Positions 1-7,808 of a stretch of 32,000 nucleotides of DNA are shown here, in pieces (positions within the stretch are counted from its first letter, which is position 1; every line of letters starts with the position of its first letter). The translations under genes and the position numbers were made by a program. The notes under the pieces are model-generated. The model saw only the letters and a program-made list of their open reading frames with translations, was not told the origin of the DNA and did not search any database. This DNA comes from an uncultured Alphaproteobacteria bacterium (GTDB taxonomy: Bacteria > Pseudomonadota > Alphaproteobacteria > Rhizobiales > Xanthobacteraceae): the NCBI GenBank assembly GCA_963847045.1, contig CAWJYQ010000014.1, positions 371,573-403,572 on the forward strand, read 5' to 3'.

Positions 1-1422
1 GTCCGGCGTGAACAGCGACGACATGTTGGGCGGCGTCGCCATCAGCGCTTCCATCGCCTCGCGATGCTTCACCAGATGCATGAAGGCGCGCACCGCATCG
101 TCTTCGGTCGGGAAATGCGGGATCGCGGCCTTGTCGAAGATCGGCGCGACGGACTGGTCGGTGCCGACCCAGGCGGCCAGCACCGGCTTCGTCGATGAAT
201 ACCTTTTCGCACGATCCGCATTGACACGTTCGGCAACCGCTTCGGCAATGCCGGAGGCCGAGGCAACCGCCGTCTCGACATTCATGACCAGCACCGCGTC
301 GCTTGCGGGATCGGCGAGCAGGACATCGAGGGCCGCGGTATAACGAGCAGGGTTGGCGTCACCTCCGATGTCGACCGGGTCTGCTTTCGACCAGGCCGGC
401 GGCAGCACGGCATCGAGCTTCGCCGAGGTTTCGCTCGAGAGCGGAGCCACCGCCCCGCCGAGCTCGACAAGTCGATCGACGGCAAGGATGCCGAGCCCGC
501 CGCCATTGGTCAGGATGGCGAGGTTCTTGCCGGTGGGCGCGCGAACGTGGCGGCCGAGCAGCTCGGCACAATCAAACAGCTCGCGAAGGTCCAGCACGCG
601 AAGCAGTCCGGCACGCCGGAACGCCGCGTCATAGACGGCGTCCGAGCCCGCGAGCGCGCCGGTGTGGGTCGCTGCCGCCTTCGCGCCCTGCGCCATGCGT
701 CCCGACTTGACAACCACCACCGGCTTGAGCCGCGCGGCCGCCCGCGCCGCCGACATGAATTTGCGCGCATCCGCGATCGCTTCGATGTAGAGCAGGATCG
801 CGCGCGTCTTGTCGTCGAGGGCGAAATAGTCGAGGAGATCGGCGACGTCGACGTCGGCCTGATCGCCGATGGACACGACGCCTGAAAAGCCGACGGACTT
901 CTCCGCGCCCCAATCGACCATGGCGGCGGCGATCGCGCCCGACTGCGAGATCAGCGCGAGCGAGCCGATCGCAGGGTGACGCGCCGCAAAGCTGGCGTTG
1001 AGACCTGCCGACGGAAACATGATGCCAAGGCAGTTCGGACCGATGATGCGCAGCTTGTGGGCGCGCGCAGCCAGCGTCACGGCTTCCGTCAGGGAGCCCT
1101 GACCATGGCCGAGCCCGGAAGAGATGATCACCGCGCCCGCCACGCCGCGCTGCCCCGCCTGCTCGACGATGCCGGGCACGGCCGGCGCCGGCGCGGTGAC
1201 GACGATCAGATCGGGGACGAACGGTAGCGATGCGAGATCCGGACTGTTGGTCTGACCGTCGATCGCGCGATATTCGGGATTCACCACGGCGATCTTGCCG
1301 GCAAAGCCGCCGCTCGTCAGGTTGTGCAGGACGATCCCTCCAATCGAAGAAGGCCGCGGACTGCCTCCCACGATGGCAACGCTTCGTGGCGCGAAGACGC
1401 GCTCGAGGCCGAAGGTGGACAT
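1..1422 (-). CDS. ADP-forming acetate--CoA ligase family protein (CoA-binding + ATP-grasp), N-terminal 474 codons; C-terminus lies beyond the window edge (could be a Pat-like synthetase/GNAT fusion)
   Basis: Absent from the ORF track because it has no stop in the window. My minus-strand translation from ATG 1422 (in-frame TAG immediately upstream, GAGGGGG SD-like just before) reads MSTFGLERVFAPRSVAIVGGSPRPSSIGG...KLRIIGPNCLGIM...SQSGAIAAAMVDW...VVVKSGR...ILTNGGGLGILAVD and stays open to position 1. These are typical CoA-binding / succinyl-CoA-ligase-like / ATP-grasp motifs. Confidence 0.8.
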   Translation of the reverse strand, partial: MSTFGLERVFAPRSVAIVGGSPRPSSIGGIVLHNLTSGGFAGKIAVVNPEYRAIDGQTNSPDLASLPFVPDLIVVTAPAPAVPGIVEQAGQRGVAGAVIISSGLGHGQGSLTEAVTLAARAHKLRIIGPNCLGIMFPSAGLNASFAARHPAIGSLALISQSGAIAAAMVDWGAEKSVGFSGVVSIGDQADVDVADLLDYFALDDKTRAILLYIEAIADARKFMSAARAAARLKPVVVVKSGRMAQGAKAAATHTGALAGSDAVYDAAFRRAGLLRVLDLRELFDCAELLGRHVRAPTGKNLAILTNGGGLGILAVDRLVELGGAVAPLSSETSAKLDAVLPPAWSKADPVDIGGDANPARYTAALDVLLADPASDAVLVMNVETAVASASGIAEAVAERVNADRAKRYSSTKPVLAAWVGTDQSVAPIFDKAAIPHFPTEDDAVRAFMHLVKHREAMEALMATPPNMSSLFTPD

Positions 1423-1540
1423 CTATGCCCCCTCGCATTCGATGACGGCAGCATGTTGCGATACTACTGTGGTCATATCCGGCCTCGTACATGTGCCCAA
1501 CTGGCGCGGCCATTCCTTAAAGCGACGGCGCTGTTCAGCG

Positions 1541-1554
1541 TTGAGCGAGATCAA
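1541..1554. promoter_or_regulatory. FixK/FNR-type box TTGAGCGAGATCAA
   Basis: Perfect TTGA-N6-TCAA palindrome in the intergenic region, centred about 125 bp upstream of the ATG at 1422 (minus strand). The leader is longer than for the other boxes. Confidence 0.45.
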
Positions 1555-1708
1555 ATTGCCGCAAATCGACGCGGGTCATCTGGACTATTGAACTTGGACC
1601 ATGGTGAACTTGGCCGATGTCACAGGATAATTGTAACATAGATACGATGATGCACGTGGCGCGCGGTTAGAGTTCGGTGAGCGGCCCGCTGCATGCCCCG
1701 GAACGGCG

Positions 1709-1722
1709 TTGACGTGCATCAA
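1709..1722. promoter_or_regulatory. FixK/FNR-type box TTGACGTGCATCAA
   Basis: Perfect TTGA-N6-TCAA, centred about 71 bp upstream of the USP gene ATG at 1787. Confidence 0.65.
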
Positions 1723-1786
1723 ACCAGGAAGCGGCGCGGCGTGCTCCCGTGGCTTCGCCTTGCGATGAATCGATGGGAAAGCGACG

Positions 1787-2620
1787 ATGTACAGGAATCT
1801 GCTGGTGCATATCCCGACGGAGCGTTCGCCCCGTGCCGCCGTCGATGGATCGGTATCGCTCGCCATGATTTGCGGCGCACATCTGGACGCGATCGCCACG
1901 GGCTATGAGCCGGCCAGCGCTCCCTATGTCGCGGAAGGCGGCGCTGCCCTCGCGCCGGCGTTCGAGGCCGAGCGCGAGCGCGCGCTGGAGCGAGCCGAGG
2001 CCGCGCTGCGCATCTTCGAGGTCGAAGCCAAGACTGCGGAGGTCAGCTTTGGCGGCCGCGCCGTGAGCGGCTCGTTCGGCGAAGTCATGGCCAGGGTTGG
2101 CGCGGCCGCGCGACTCCATGATCTCACGGTCGTGTCGCAAGCGGAGGCGGATCACGGGACGTTCGACAACCGGCTTCCGCAGGAGTTGCTGCTGCAGACC
2201 GGCGGACCGCTGCTGTTCTTTCCCTCGAGCTTTCGCGGCCCCCTCAAGGCAGCGCGCATCGGCATCTGCTGGGATGGAAGCCGGCTTGCCGCACGCGCGC
2301 TGCACGATGCCATGCCGCTCCTTGCCCAAGCCGATACGCTGACGGCCATCACCCTGAACGAACAGGCGGTGCCCGCCGAGGCCTCGCCGGTGCAGTTCGC
2401 AAAATACATGGCGCGCATCGGAATGCCGGTGATGAGTGTTTGCCTCGAAGCCGAACACGGCAAATTTGCCGCGACCATCCTGTCGCTGGCGGCCGACGAG
2501 CATCTCGATCTACTGGTCATGGGCGGCTACGGCCATTCCCGCCTGCAGGAGACCGTGTTTGGCGGCGTCACCCGCGAGATGTTCCGCACCATGACCGTCC
2601 CGGTCCTGATGTCGCACTGA
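1787..2620 (+). CDS. Universal stress protein, tandem UspA domains (277 aa)
   Basis: ORF track 1787..2620. The C-terminal LLVMGGYGHSRLQETVFGGVTREMFRTMTVPVLMSH is the classic UspA ATP-binding G-x2-G-x9-G(S/T) end. The length fits two USP domains, and GGGAAAG precedes the ATG. Confidence 0.85.
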   Translation: MYRNLLVHIPTERSPRAAVDGSVSLAMICGAHLDAIATGYEPASAPYVAEGGAALAPAFEAERERALERAEAALRIFEVEAKTAEVSFGGRAVSGSFGEVMARVGAAARLHDLTVVSQAEADHGTFDNRLPQELLLQTGGPLLFFPSSFRGPLKAARIGICWDGSRLAARALHDAMPLLAQADTLTAITLNEQAVPAEASPVQFAKYMARIGMPVMSVCLEAEHGKFAATILSLAADEHLDLLVMGGYGHSRLQETVFGGVTREMFRTMTVPVLMSH

Positions 2621-2627
2621 TGGCGGT

Positions 2628-2641
2628 TTGAGCCAAGTCAA
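2628..2641. promoter_or_regulatory. FixK/FNR-type box TTGAGCCAAGTCAA
   Basis: Perfect TTGA-N6-TCAA, centred about 66 bp upstream of the ATG at 2701. Confidence 0.65.
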
Positions 2642-2700
2642 AGCGCGGCTGGCCGAAGGGCCTACCTTGGCATTAACGTCGAACCCAGCGGAGACTTTTC

Positions 2701-3423
2701 ATGCGCGCCCACCACGTCATGACCAAGGACGTCATTACCGTGACGCCTCACACCAGCATCGAGGATGCCGCCAAAATCATGCTGCGCACCCATATCAGCG
2801 GCCTGCCGGTCGTGGATGATGCGGGCCAGCTCGTCGGCATCGTCTCGGAGAGCGACTTCCTCCGTCGCAGCGAGATCGGCACCGGCCACAAGCGCCCGAA
2901 ATGGCTGCAATTCTTCATGGGGCCCGGATGGGCGGCCTCGGACTTCGTTCACGAGCGCGGCCGCAAGGTCGAAGACGTGATGACGCAGGATCCGGTCACC
3001 GTCAGCGAAGAGACGCCGCTGGAAGACCTGGTTCGCCTGATGGAAAAGAACGACATCAAGCGGCTGCCGGTGATGAACGGCAAGCAGCTCGTTGGGATCG
3101 TCACCCGCTCCAATTTGCTGCAGGCCGTAGCCTCTATGGCACATGAGATTCCGGACCCGACCGCCGACGACGACCACATCCGCGAACGCATCACCCGCGC
3201 GGTCAATGCCACCGACTGGCGCCCGATCGGCTTCGAAGTTTCGGTCCGCAACGGCGTAGTGCATCTGCACGGCATCATCACCACCGACCAGGCGCGGCAG
3301 GCCACCATCGTCGCCTGCGAGAACACTGCCGGCGTCAAGGAAGTGCACGACCATCTCTGCTTCGTCGACAGCTATTCCGGTTTCTATGTGGAATTGCCGG
3401 AAGACATTAAGCGCGCCGGCTAG
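2701..3423 (+). CDS. CBS-pair domain protein with C-terminal BON domain (240 aa)
   Basis: MRAHHVMTKDVITVTP...GLPVVDDAGQLVGIVSESDFLRR and MTQDPVTVSEETPLEDLVRLMEKNDIKRLPVMNGKQLVGIVTRSNLL form two CBS motifs. VRNGVVHLHGIITTDQARQATIVACENTAGVKEV is BON-like. A GGAGA SD is present. Confidence 0.85.
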   Translation: MRAHHVMTKDVITVTPHTSIEDAAKIMLRTHISGLPVVDDAGQLVGIVSESDFLRRSEIGTGHKRPKWLQFFMGPGWAASDFVHERGRKVEDVMTQDPVTVSEETPLEDLVRLMEKNDIKRLPVMNGKQLVGIVTRSNLLQAVASMAHEIPDPTADDDHIRERITRAVNATDWRPIGFEVSVRNGVVHLHGIITTDQARQATIVACENTAGVKEVHDHLCFVDSYSGFYVELPEDIKRAG

Positions 3424-3433
3424 CCAGCAAAAA

Positions 3434-3466
3434 CGACCCCGCCGCACTGAGAACACGGCGGGGTCG
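3434..3466 (+). terminator. Stem-loop downstream of the CBS/BON gene (candidate intrinsic terminator, no clear U-tract)
   Basis: CGACCCCGCCG (3434-3444) pairs perfectly with CGGCGGGGTCG (3456-3466), 11 bp with an 11-nt loop, starting 11 nt after the stop. Confidence 0.5.
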
Positions 3467-3751
3467 CCGTGCCCGGAAGTCGTCAATCGACCAACCGAAG
3501 CGCGCGAGCCTAGTGCAAAAATCCCTAGCAAATCCTGTCGCGGCAACGCGTGTTTCTAGCGGAAATAGTGCGCTGTAAGCTGCATGTAAGCTTCACATCG
3601 GCATCTGTTCGCATTCGCGAAATCCGGCGCCGACATCTTTTGATCGAGAGCTTTCCGCCGAAACAATCCTTGCGCGATTCTTAGCGGGTCTGCGTTCGTC
3701 GACACCGCCTCGGCGCACTGCGCGCGGCGATTTCTCCACTCAGTCCAAAAA

Positions 3752-3765
3752 TTGATCTGCGTCAA
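3752..3765. promoter_or_regulatory. FixK/FNR-type box TTGATCTGCGTCAA
   Basis: Perfect TTGA-N6-TCAA, centred about 58 bp upstream of the ATG at 3817. Confidence 0.65.
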
Positions 3766-3816
3766 AAAACGATCTTTCGATTCGGCAGATACTGTCTCTC
3801 AAAGGAGGATCCAGAA

Positions 3817-3981
3817 ATGCCGACAGATTCGCTTCTTCTCTCAATCGCCGTGTGCGGCGTGTTCTTGGCCTTCGCCATCGTGGTCGCCGTGATCGATCAC
3901 CGCACCACCAGCTGGCAGCGCAGCAAATCGGCGGACAAGAAGACGGCCGCGGCCGAACCGCCCCGCAAGAAGGCTGCTTGA
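3817..3981 (+). CDS. Small single-pass membrane protein (54 aa), hypothetical
   Basis: Not in the ORF track (<60 aa). AAAGGAGGAT SD lies 6 nt before the ATG. My translation is MPTDSLLLSIAVCGVFLAFAIVVAVIDHRTTSWQRSKSADKKTAAAEPPRKKAA, one hydrophobic helix plus a basic tail. A FixK box lies upstream. Confidence 0.6.
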   Translation: MPTDSLLLSIAVCGVFLAFAIVVAVIDHRTTSWQRSKSADKKTAAAEPPRKKAA

Positions 3982-4037
3982 GCCGGTGAATGCCGAAGGT
4001 TTTGCGTGCGCGCGGTCGGTAGGATGGGAGCAAGTTG

Positions 4038-4241
4038 ATGGCTGATCGGCAAAGCTGGCGACCCATCCTGTTCGAGTGCCCTCAAACCGGCCACAAGGTA
4101 CAGGGTCTGGTGGCCGAGGAGGCATTCGGGGCGAGCGAGCCGCGCTACGAAAGCGTGACCTGCCTCGCCTGTGCCGGAGTTCATTTCTTCGATCCGGCGC
4201 GCGGCACGATAATTGGCGCGCCGCGCAACACCACACGATGA
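4038..4241 (+). CDS. Small zinc-ribbon-like hypothetical protein (67 aa)
   Basis: ORF track 4035..4241 (TTG); the ATG at 4038 is preceded by GGGAG. The sequence contains CPQTG...CLAC, a possible Cys4-type ribbon. Confidence 0.5.
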   Translation: MADRQSWRPILFECPQTGHKVQGLVAEEAFGASEPRYESVTCLACAGVHFFDPARGTIIGAPRNTTR

Positions 4242-4265
4242 TCTCTTGAATGCTTCCCCCGAGGC

Positions 4266-4937
4266 TCAGGCATCCAGCCGGCTGAGCGTGGCGCGGTTGC
4301 AGAAGCGGATCCGCCGCGAGGTCTCCAGCGCGATCGTTCCGGATTGCACGAAGTGCGTGAAGGTGCGCGACACCGTCTCGATGGTCAGTCCCAGATAGTC
4401 GGCGATGTCCTGACGGGACATCGGCAGCTCGACCGCCGTCTGGCTGGCATTGCGGCCGGCCATCTCGAGCAGGAAGCCTGCGACCCGTTCCTCGGCGTTC
4501 TTGATCAGCACCAGCGAATGCTGCTGCACGCGCTGCAGCTCGCGCACCGTCAGCATCCAGAGCTGCTTGGCGAGGCTCTTTTCGTGCTCGGCGCGGGCCA
4601 GCACGCTGGAGCGCTTGACGACCAGGATCTGGACCTCGCTGATCGCTTCCGCCGTCGACTGATGCACGTCGCCGGCCTCGAAGCCGAAGACATCGCCGGG
4701 CAGATAGAACGCACTGATCTGGCGCCTTCCGTCATCGAGCATGCGATAAGTTCGCACGGCGCCTGATATCACTTGGTAAAGATATTCGGCCGGTTCTTCT
4801 TCGCCGTAAATCTCGGCGTTGCGCGCAAAGCGCATCGGGGCGCCGATCATTCCAAGCGGGCCCTCGCATGGGGCACCGGCACGAAGGGGAGCGGCAGGAC
4901 GGGCGAAGATCGGGGAGTTGGGGGCGGGGGCGAGCAT
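4266..4937 (-). CDS. fixK: FixK2-like CRP/FNR-family transcriptional activator (223 aa from ATG 4937)
   Basis: YLYQVISGAVRTYRMLDDGRRQISAFYLPGDVFGFE is a cNMP-like beta-roll. LPMSRQDIADYLGLTIETVSRTF is a CRP/FNR helix-turn-helix. There is no N-terminal FNR Cys cluster, and from memory the sequence closely resembles B. japonicum FixK2. GGAGA lies 7 nt before ATG 4937; the track start at 4955 is a TTG. Confidence 0.9.
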   Translation of the reverse strand: MLAPAPNSPIFARPAAPLRAGAPCEGPLGMIGAPMRFARNAEIYGEEEPAEYLYQVISGAVRTYRMLDDGRRQISAFYLPGDVFGFEAGDVHQSTAEAISEVQILVVKRSSVLARAEHEKSLAKQLWMLTVRELQRVQQHSLVLIKNAEERVAGFLLEMAGRNASQTAVELPMSRQDIADYLGLTIETVSRTFTHFVQSGTIALETSRRIRFCNRATLSRLDA

Positions 4938-5044
4938 GGCAGGTCTCCGGTTCAAATGATCGTTCGTAGCCGGAAGTGTGCCCGTTTATTAAAATTCCGA
5001 AATTTGGAGATTTCCCCTAAGTATAAACCCGTAGGTCCGTAATT

Positions 5045-5284
5045 TCACGGGGTCGGATGCCGGCCCTCGCGTCCCGCAGACACAGTTGGCGCACGGAATT
5101 CCACCGTATCTGCAAAAATCGTCCAGTCGTGGACGTGTTTTTGCCGGCAGAAATCGTCCTCCGCGCGTTGCACCGCTTCGGTGAGCGACGCCGCATCGAT
5201 GGTAAACGCCGCCTGACACGCCCGGTGCTCGTGCCCGGTGTCGTCGCAAACGGTCTTGAGGAAGCGCACCTCGAAGGAAGGCAT
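5045..5284 (-). CDS. Small hypothetical protein (79 aa)
   Basis: The ATG at 5284 is preceded by AGGAGA (AAGCAGGAGATCGTCATG on the minus strand). Sequence: MPSFEVRFLKTVCDDTGHEHRACQAAFTIDAASLTEAVQRAEDDFCRQKH... A FixK box lies 60 bp upstream. Confidence 0.6.
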   Translation of the reverse strand: MPSFEVRFLKTVCDDTGHEHRACQAAFTIDAASLTEAVQRAEDDFCRQKHVHDWTIFADTVEFRAPTVSAGREGRHPTP

Positions 5285-5337
5285 GACGATCTCCTGCTTT
5301 TCGGGACACACCGTCCCGCAAGCCGGAAAAATGCGCC

Positions 5338-5351
5338 TTGAGCAAAATCAA
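5338..5351. promoter_or_regulatory. FixK/FNR-type box TTGAGCAAAATCAA
   Basis: Perfect TTGA-N6-TCAA, centred about 60 bp upstream of the minus-strand ATG at 5284. Confidence 0.65.
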
Positions 5352-5416
5352 CCGGGCGCCGTGCGCAACCGTGTATGGGCTTGTCCCCAATGCTCCGGTG
5401 TTTTGCGGACAAATTG

Positions 5417-5430
5417 TTGATCCGGCGCAA
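5417..5430. promoter_or_regulatory. FixK2-type box variant TTGATCCGGCGCAA
   Basis: Matches TTG(A/C)-N6-(T/G)CAA, centred about 63 bp upstream of the ATG at 5487 and 79 bp from the neighbouring box. Confidence 0.45.
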
Positions 5431-5486
5431 GACACGGGTAAGGCAAATCTGCAAAGATGATTTTCATCTTGCGAAGGAGATGGTCC

Positions 5487-5633
5487 ATGACCGCGTCCAC
5501 CATGCTCATTCTCGCCGCCGTGGTTGCGCTGTTCGCCGGCTTTGCCGCCGCGCTGGCGTGGGCCCAGCCGCATGCGCGCCAGCTCACCGCCGCGCCCGCC
5601 GATATGCCCCGCCCGAAGCGGCGCCCCTTCTAA
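5487..5633 (+). CDS. Small membrane/signal-anchored protein (48 aa), hypothetical
   Basis: Not in the ORF track. AAGGAGA SD lies 6 nt before the ATG. Sequence: MTASTMLILAAVVALFAGFAAALAWAQPHARQLTAAPADMPRPKRRPF. Its stop overlaps the stop of the convergent channel gene (CTAA). Confidence 0.5.
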   Translation: MTASTMLILAAVVALFAGFAAALAWAQPHARQLTAAPADMPRPKRRPF

Positions 5634-6859
5634 CCCGGCTCGATCTCGGCTTTCGCCACCTCGGCGGCCGCAAGGTCGCCTGGCTCGGTGTCGAGCTCGC
5701 CGCCCAATCGGGTCCGCGCCGCGTCCCAGATACGGGCGGCAATTTGCGGCTCGCGGTCCATCAGGCTGCGCAAATCCGAAGCATCCAGCGCCAGCAGGCG
5801 CGTCGTTCGCAATGCAACAACGGTCGCGGAGCGCCGCGATTGCCGCAACGCAGCGATCTCGCCGAAGAAATCGCCGGCGCCGAGATGAATGTGCTGGTGG
5901 CGCAGCTTGATCTCGACCTCGCCGTCCACGATCAGATACATCGAATGCGCCGGCTCGCCGCGTCGCGCGATGGTCGCGCCTTTTTCCGCCTTCTGCGCGC
6001 GCAGGATTTTCATGACATCGGCGATCTGGGCGGCGGTGAGCTCGCTGAACAGTGGAATGCGGGCCACCAGCCCCCAGGTCACGACAAAGTCGCGGCGGTG
6101 CACTTCATTGGCGAACGCGGTGGCGACAATGCCGACCGGCAAGGCCACCATCAACAGGCCAACGAAGATGGTGAGCCCCGCCACCAGGCGTCCGGCCGCC
6201 GTGACCGGCACCGCGTCGCCATAGCCGATGGTGCCGAGCGTCACGATCGCCCACCACATCGCATCGGGGAGGGTGCCGAATTTCTCCGGCTGCGTTGCAC
6301 CCTCGACGAGATGCATCAGCGCCGCCGCCATCAAGGTCGCGCCGCACAGGATCACGAAGCAGCCGACCAGCGCGCGGCGCTCGGCGTAAAGCGCCTCCAG
6401 CAGCGAGCGCATCGCCGGCGAATAGCGGGTCAGCTTGAAGAAGCGGATCAGGCGCAGGACCAGGAACGCCTTGAAATCCGCGGCCACGACAAAGGACAGC
6501 CAGAACGGCAGCACCGCGGCGAGGTCGATCAGGCCAGCCGGGCTTGCGATGAAATGCAGGCGCGAGCGGATGGCGCCAAGGCGCCGCCACGGCGGATGTT
6601 CCGCTGCCACCCACAGCCGCGCCGCATATTCGATCGAGAACACCCCCAAGGCGATGGTCTCGATCGCTTCGAAGATTCCGCCATGGGCGGCGGCAAGTCT
6701 CGGCACGGATTCCAGCACCGTCGCCACCAGCGTCACTAGGATCAACGTGATCAGGAACCAGTTGACCAGCACGCTGAGCCCGTCAGCCCCGGAGCCCAAC
6801 TCGAGCACACTATAAAGCCGTTGACGGTATCTCATGACGCGGTGAAGGCGTGTCACCAT
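5630..6859 (-). CDS. Cyclic-nucleotide-regulated K+ channel (MloK1-like: 6-TM ion-transport domain + C-terminal cNMP-binding domain)
   Basis: K+ selectivity filter TLGTIGYGD and an S4-like LVLRLIRFFKLTR are present. The cNMP domain reads GDFFGEIAALRQSRRSATVVA. The start is ambiguous (TTG 6862, ATG 6859, GTG 6856) just after GGTGGAGG. Confidence 0.85.
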   Translation of the reverse strand: MVTRLHRVMRYRQRLYSVLELGSGADGLSVLVNWFLITLILVTLVATVLESVPRLAAAHGGIFEAIETIALGVFSIEYAARLWVAAEHPPWRRLGAIRSRLHFIASPAGLIDLAAVLPFWLSFVVAADFKAFLVLRLIRFFKLTRYSPAMRSLLEALYAERRALVGCFVILCGATLMAAALMHLVEGATQPEKFGTLPDAMWWAIVTLGTIGYGDAVPVTAAGRLVAGLTIFVGLLMVALPVGIVATAFANEVHRRDFVVTWGLVARIPLFSELTAAQIADVMKILRAQKAEKGATIARRGEPAHSMYLIVDGEVEIKLRHQHIHLGAGDFFGEIAALRQSRRSATVVALRTTRLLALDASDLRSLMDREPQIAARIWDAARTRLGGELDTEPGDLAAAEVAKAEIEPG

Positions 6860-6883
6860 CAACCTCCACCTTGTCGGGTGGGT

Positions 6884-7099
6884 TCAGGCCGAGCGGTCGA
6901 GCCGACCATAGGTGGACAAACCGAGCGCTCCATAGAGCGAACAATACAGGAAGAGAGCGGTCGCCAGCAAATAGGCGCCGGCGAAGCCGACCAGGCCCAG
7001 ACCGTCCATGAAGCCGCTGCCCCTCACAAACCAGGCGATGAAGGCAAGGCCGAGCACGGCGCGTATCACCTGATCGACAATGCCGATATTGCGGGGCAT
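6884..7099 (-). CDS. DUF2892 (YgaP-like) small membrane protein (71 aa)
   Basis: MPRNIGIVDQVIRAVLGLAFIAWF...LFLYCSLYGALGLST matches my memory of the DUF2892 pattern (N-x-G-x-x-D-R/Q-x-I-R ... C-P/S-L-Y-x-x-L-G). The ATG at 7099 follows GGGAGA. It is probably co-transcribed with the channel gene. Confidence 0.65.
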   Translation of the reverse strand: MPRNIGIVDQVIRAVLGLAFIAWFVRGSGFMDGLGLVGFAGAYLLATALFLYCSLYGALGLSTYGRLDRSA

Positions 7100-7157
7100 A
7101 TCTGGTCTCCCGATGGAATCGCAAGAAACCAGTCTAGCCGTGCATGATTTTCCGGCT

Positions 7158-7171
7158 TTGATCCCGATCAA
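7158..7171. promoter_or_regulatory. FixK/FNR-type box TTGATCCCGATCAA (full TTGAT-N4-ATCAA consensus)
   Basis: Perfect palindrome centred about 65 bp upstream of the minus-strand ATG at 7099, lying between the fixJ stop and the DUF2892 gene. Confidence 0.7.
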
Positions 7172-7187
7172 CCGGGCCGCTTTGCGC

Positions 7188-7808
7188 CTACAGCCCCGCT
7201 GCGAGCGCGAGGCGCATCAGCTCGGACATGCTGCGCGCGCCGGTCTTGGCCATCAGATTGGCGCGGTAGACCTCGACCGTGCGGGGACTGATGGAAAGAT
7301 CATGCGCGATGACCTTGTTGATCTTGCCGGCCACCAGGCCCTGCAGCACGTCGCGCTCGCGCGGCGACAGCTCCTTGAGCCGCGCTTCGGCTTCCTTCCT
7401 TGCCGCGTTGTCACCCTTGGGTGCCGTATGCGGCTCCAGCGCCCCGCGGATCGCGTCAAGCAGCGCGGCATCGTCAAAGGGCTTTTCGATGAAGTCGACG
7501 GCGCCCGCCTTCATCGCCTCAACCGCGAGCGCGACATCGCCATGACCGGTGATCAGGATCACCGGGCAGGAGGAGCCCCCGCCCTTGAGCTTGCGCACCA
7601 GCTCGATGCCGTTCATACCGGGCATGCGGATGTCCGAGACCACGCAAGCGAGAGCAGCGAGGTCGACACCGCCCAGGAACGCATCGGCGGATTCGTAGAC
7701 CTTGGGCGCAAATCCATTGACATCGAGCAGGAACGCCAGCGAGTCCCGCATCGCCGCGTCATCGTCGATGACATGAATGATGGTCTCGTCCCTGGTCTTA
7801 TCGTTCAT
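7188..7808 (-). CDS. fixJ: FixJ response regulator (receiver + LuxR-type HTH), 206 aa
   Basis: [24 protein letters not shown]...[12 protein letters not shown] is a receiver domain. [42 protein letters not shown] is a LuxR/FixJ HTH. The ATG at 7808 overlaps the fixL stop by 11 nt. Confidence 0.9.
   Translation of the reverse strand: MNDKTRDETIIHVIDDDAAMRDSLAFLLDVNGFAPKVYESADAFLGGVDLAALACVVSDIRMPGMNGIELVRKLKGGGSSCPVILITGHGDVALAVEAMKAGAVDFIEKPFDDAALLDAIRGALEPHTAPKGDNAARKEAEARLKELSPRERDVLQGLVAGKINKVIAHDLSISPRTVEVYRANLMAKTGARSMSELMRLALAAGL

Noticed and set aside
629-1513. 294-aa minus-strand track ORF
   Set aside because: Arg/Gly-rich nonsense composition, in a different frame from the clearly protein-like edge-truncated CDS (1..1422) that occupies the same strand.
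1667-2503. 278-aa minus-strand ORF antisense to the USP gene
   Set aside because: A typical high-G+C antisense shadow ORF (Arg/Ala/Gly-rich). The plus-strand frame has clear UspA motifs.
2662-3546. 294-aa minus-strand ORF antisense to the CBS/BON gene
   Set aside because: A shadow ORF with no motifs. The opposite strand carries canonical CBS and BON sequence.
4956-5044. Possible FixJ-binding site in the AT-rich fixK upstream region (e.g. CCCCTAAGTATAAACCC / CCGTAATTTCACGGGG)
   Set aside because: A FixJ-dependent promoter is expected here from established knowledge. I cannot recall the FixJ box sequence well enough to assign coordinates.
5375-6739. 454-aa plus-strand ORF, the longest in its area
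   Set aside because: Extremely Arg/His/Gln-rich and antisense to the K+ channel gene, which has an unmistakable TxGYGD filter and cNMP domain.
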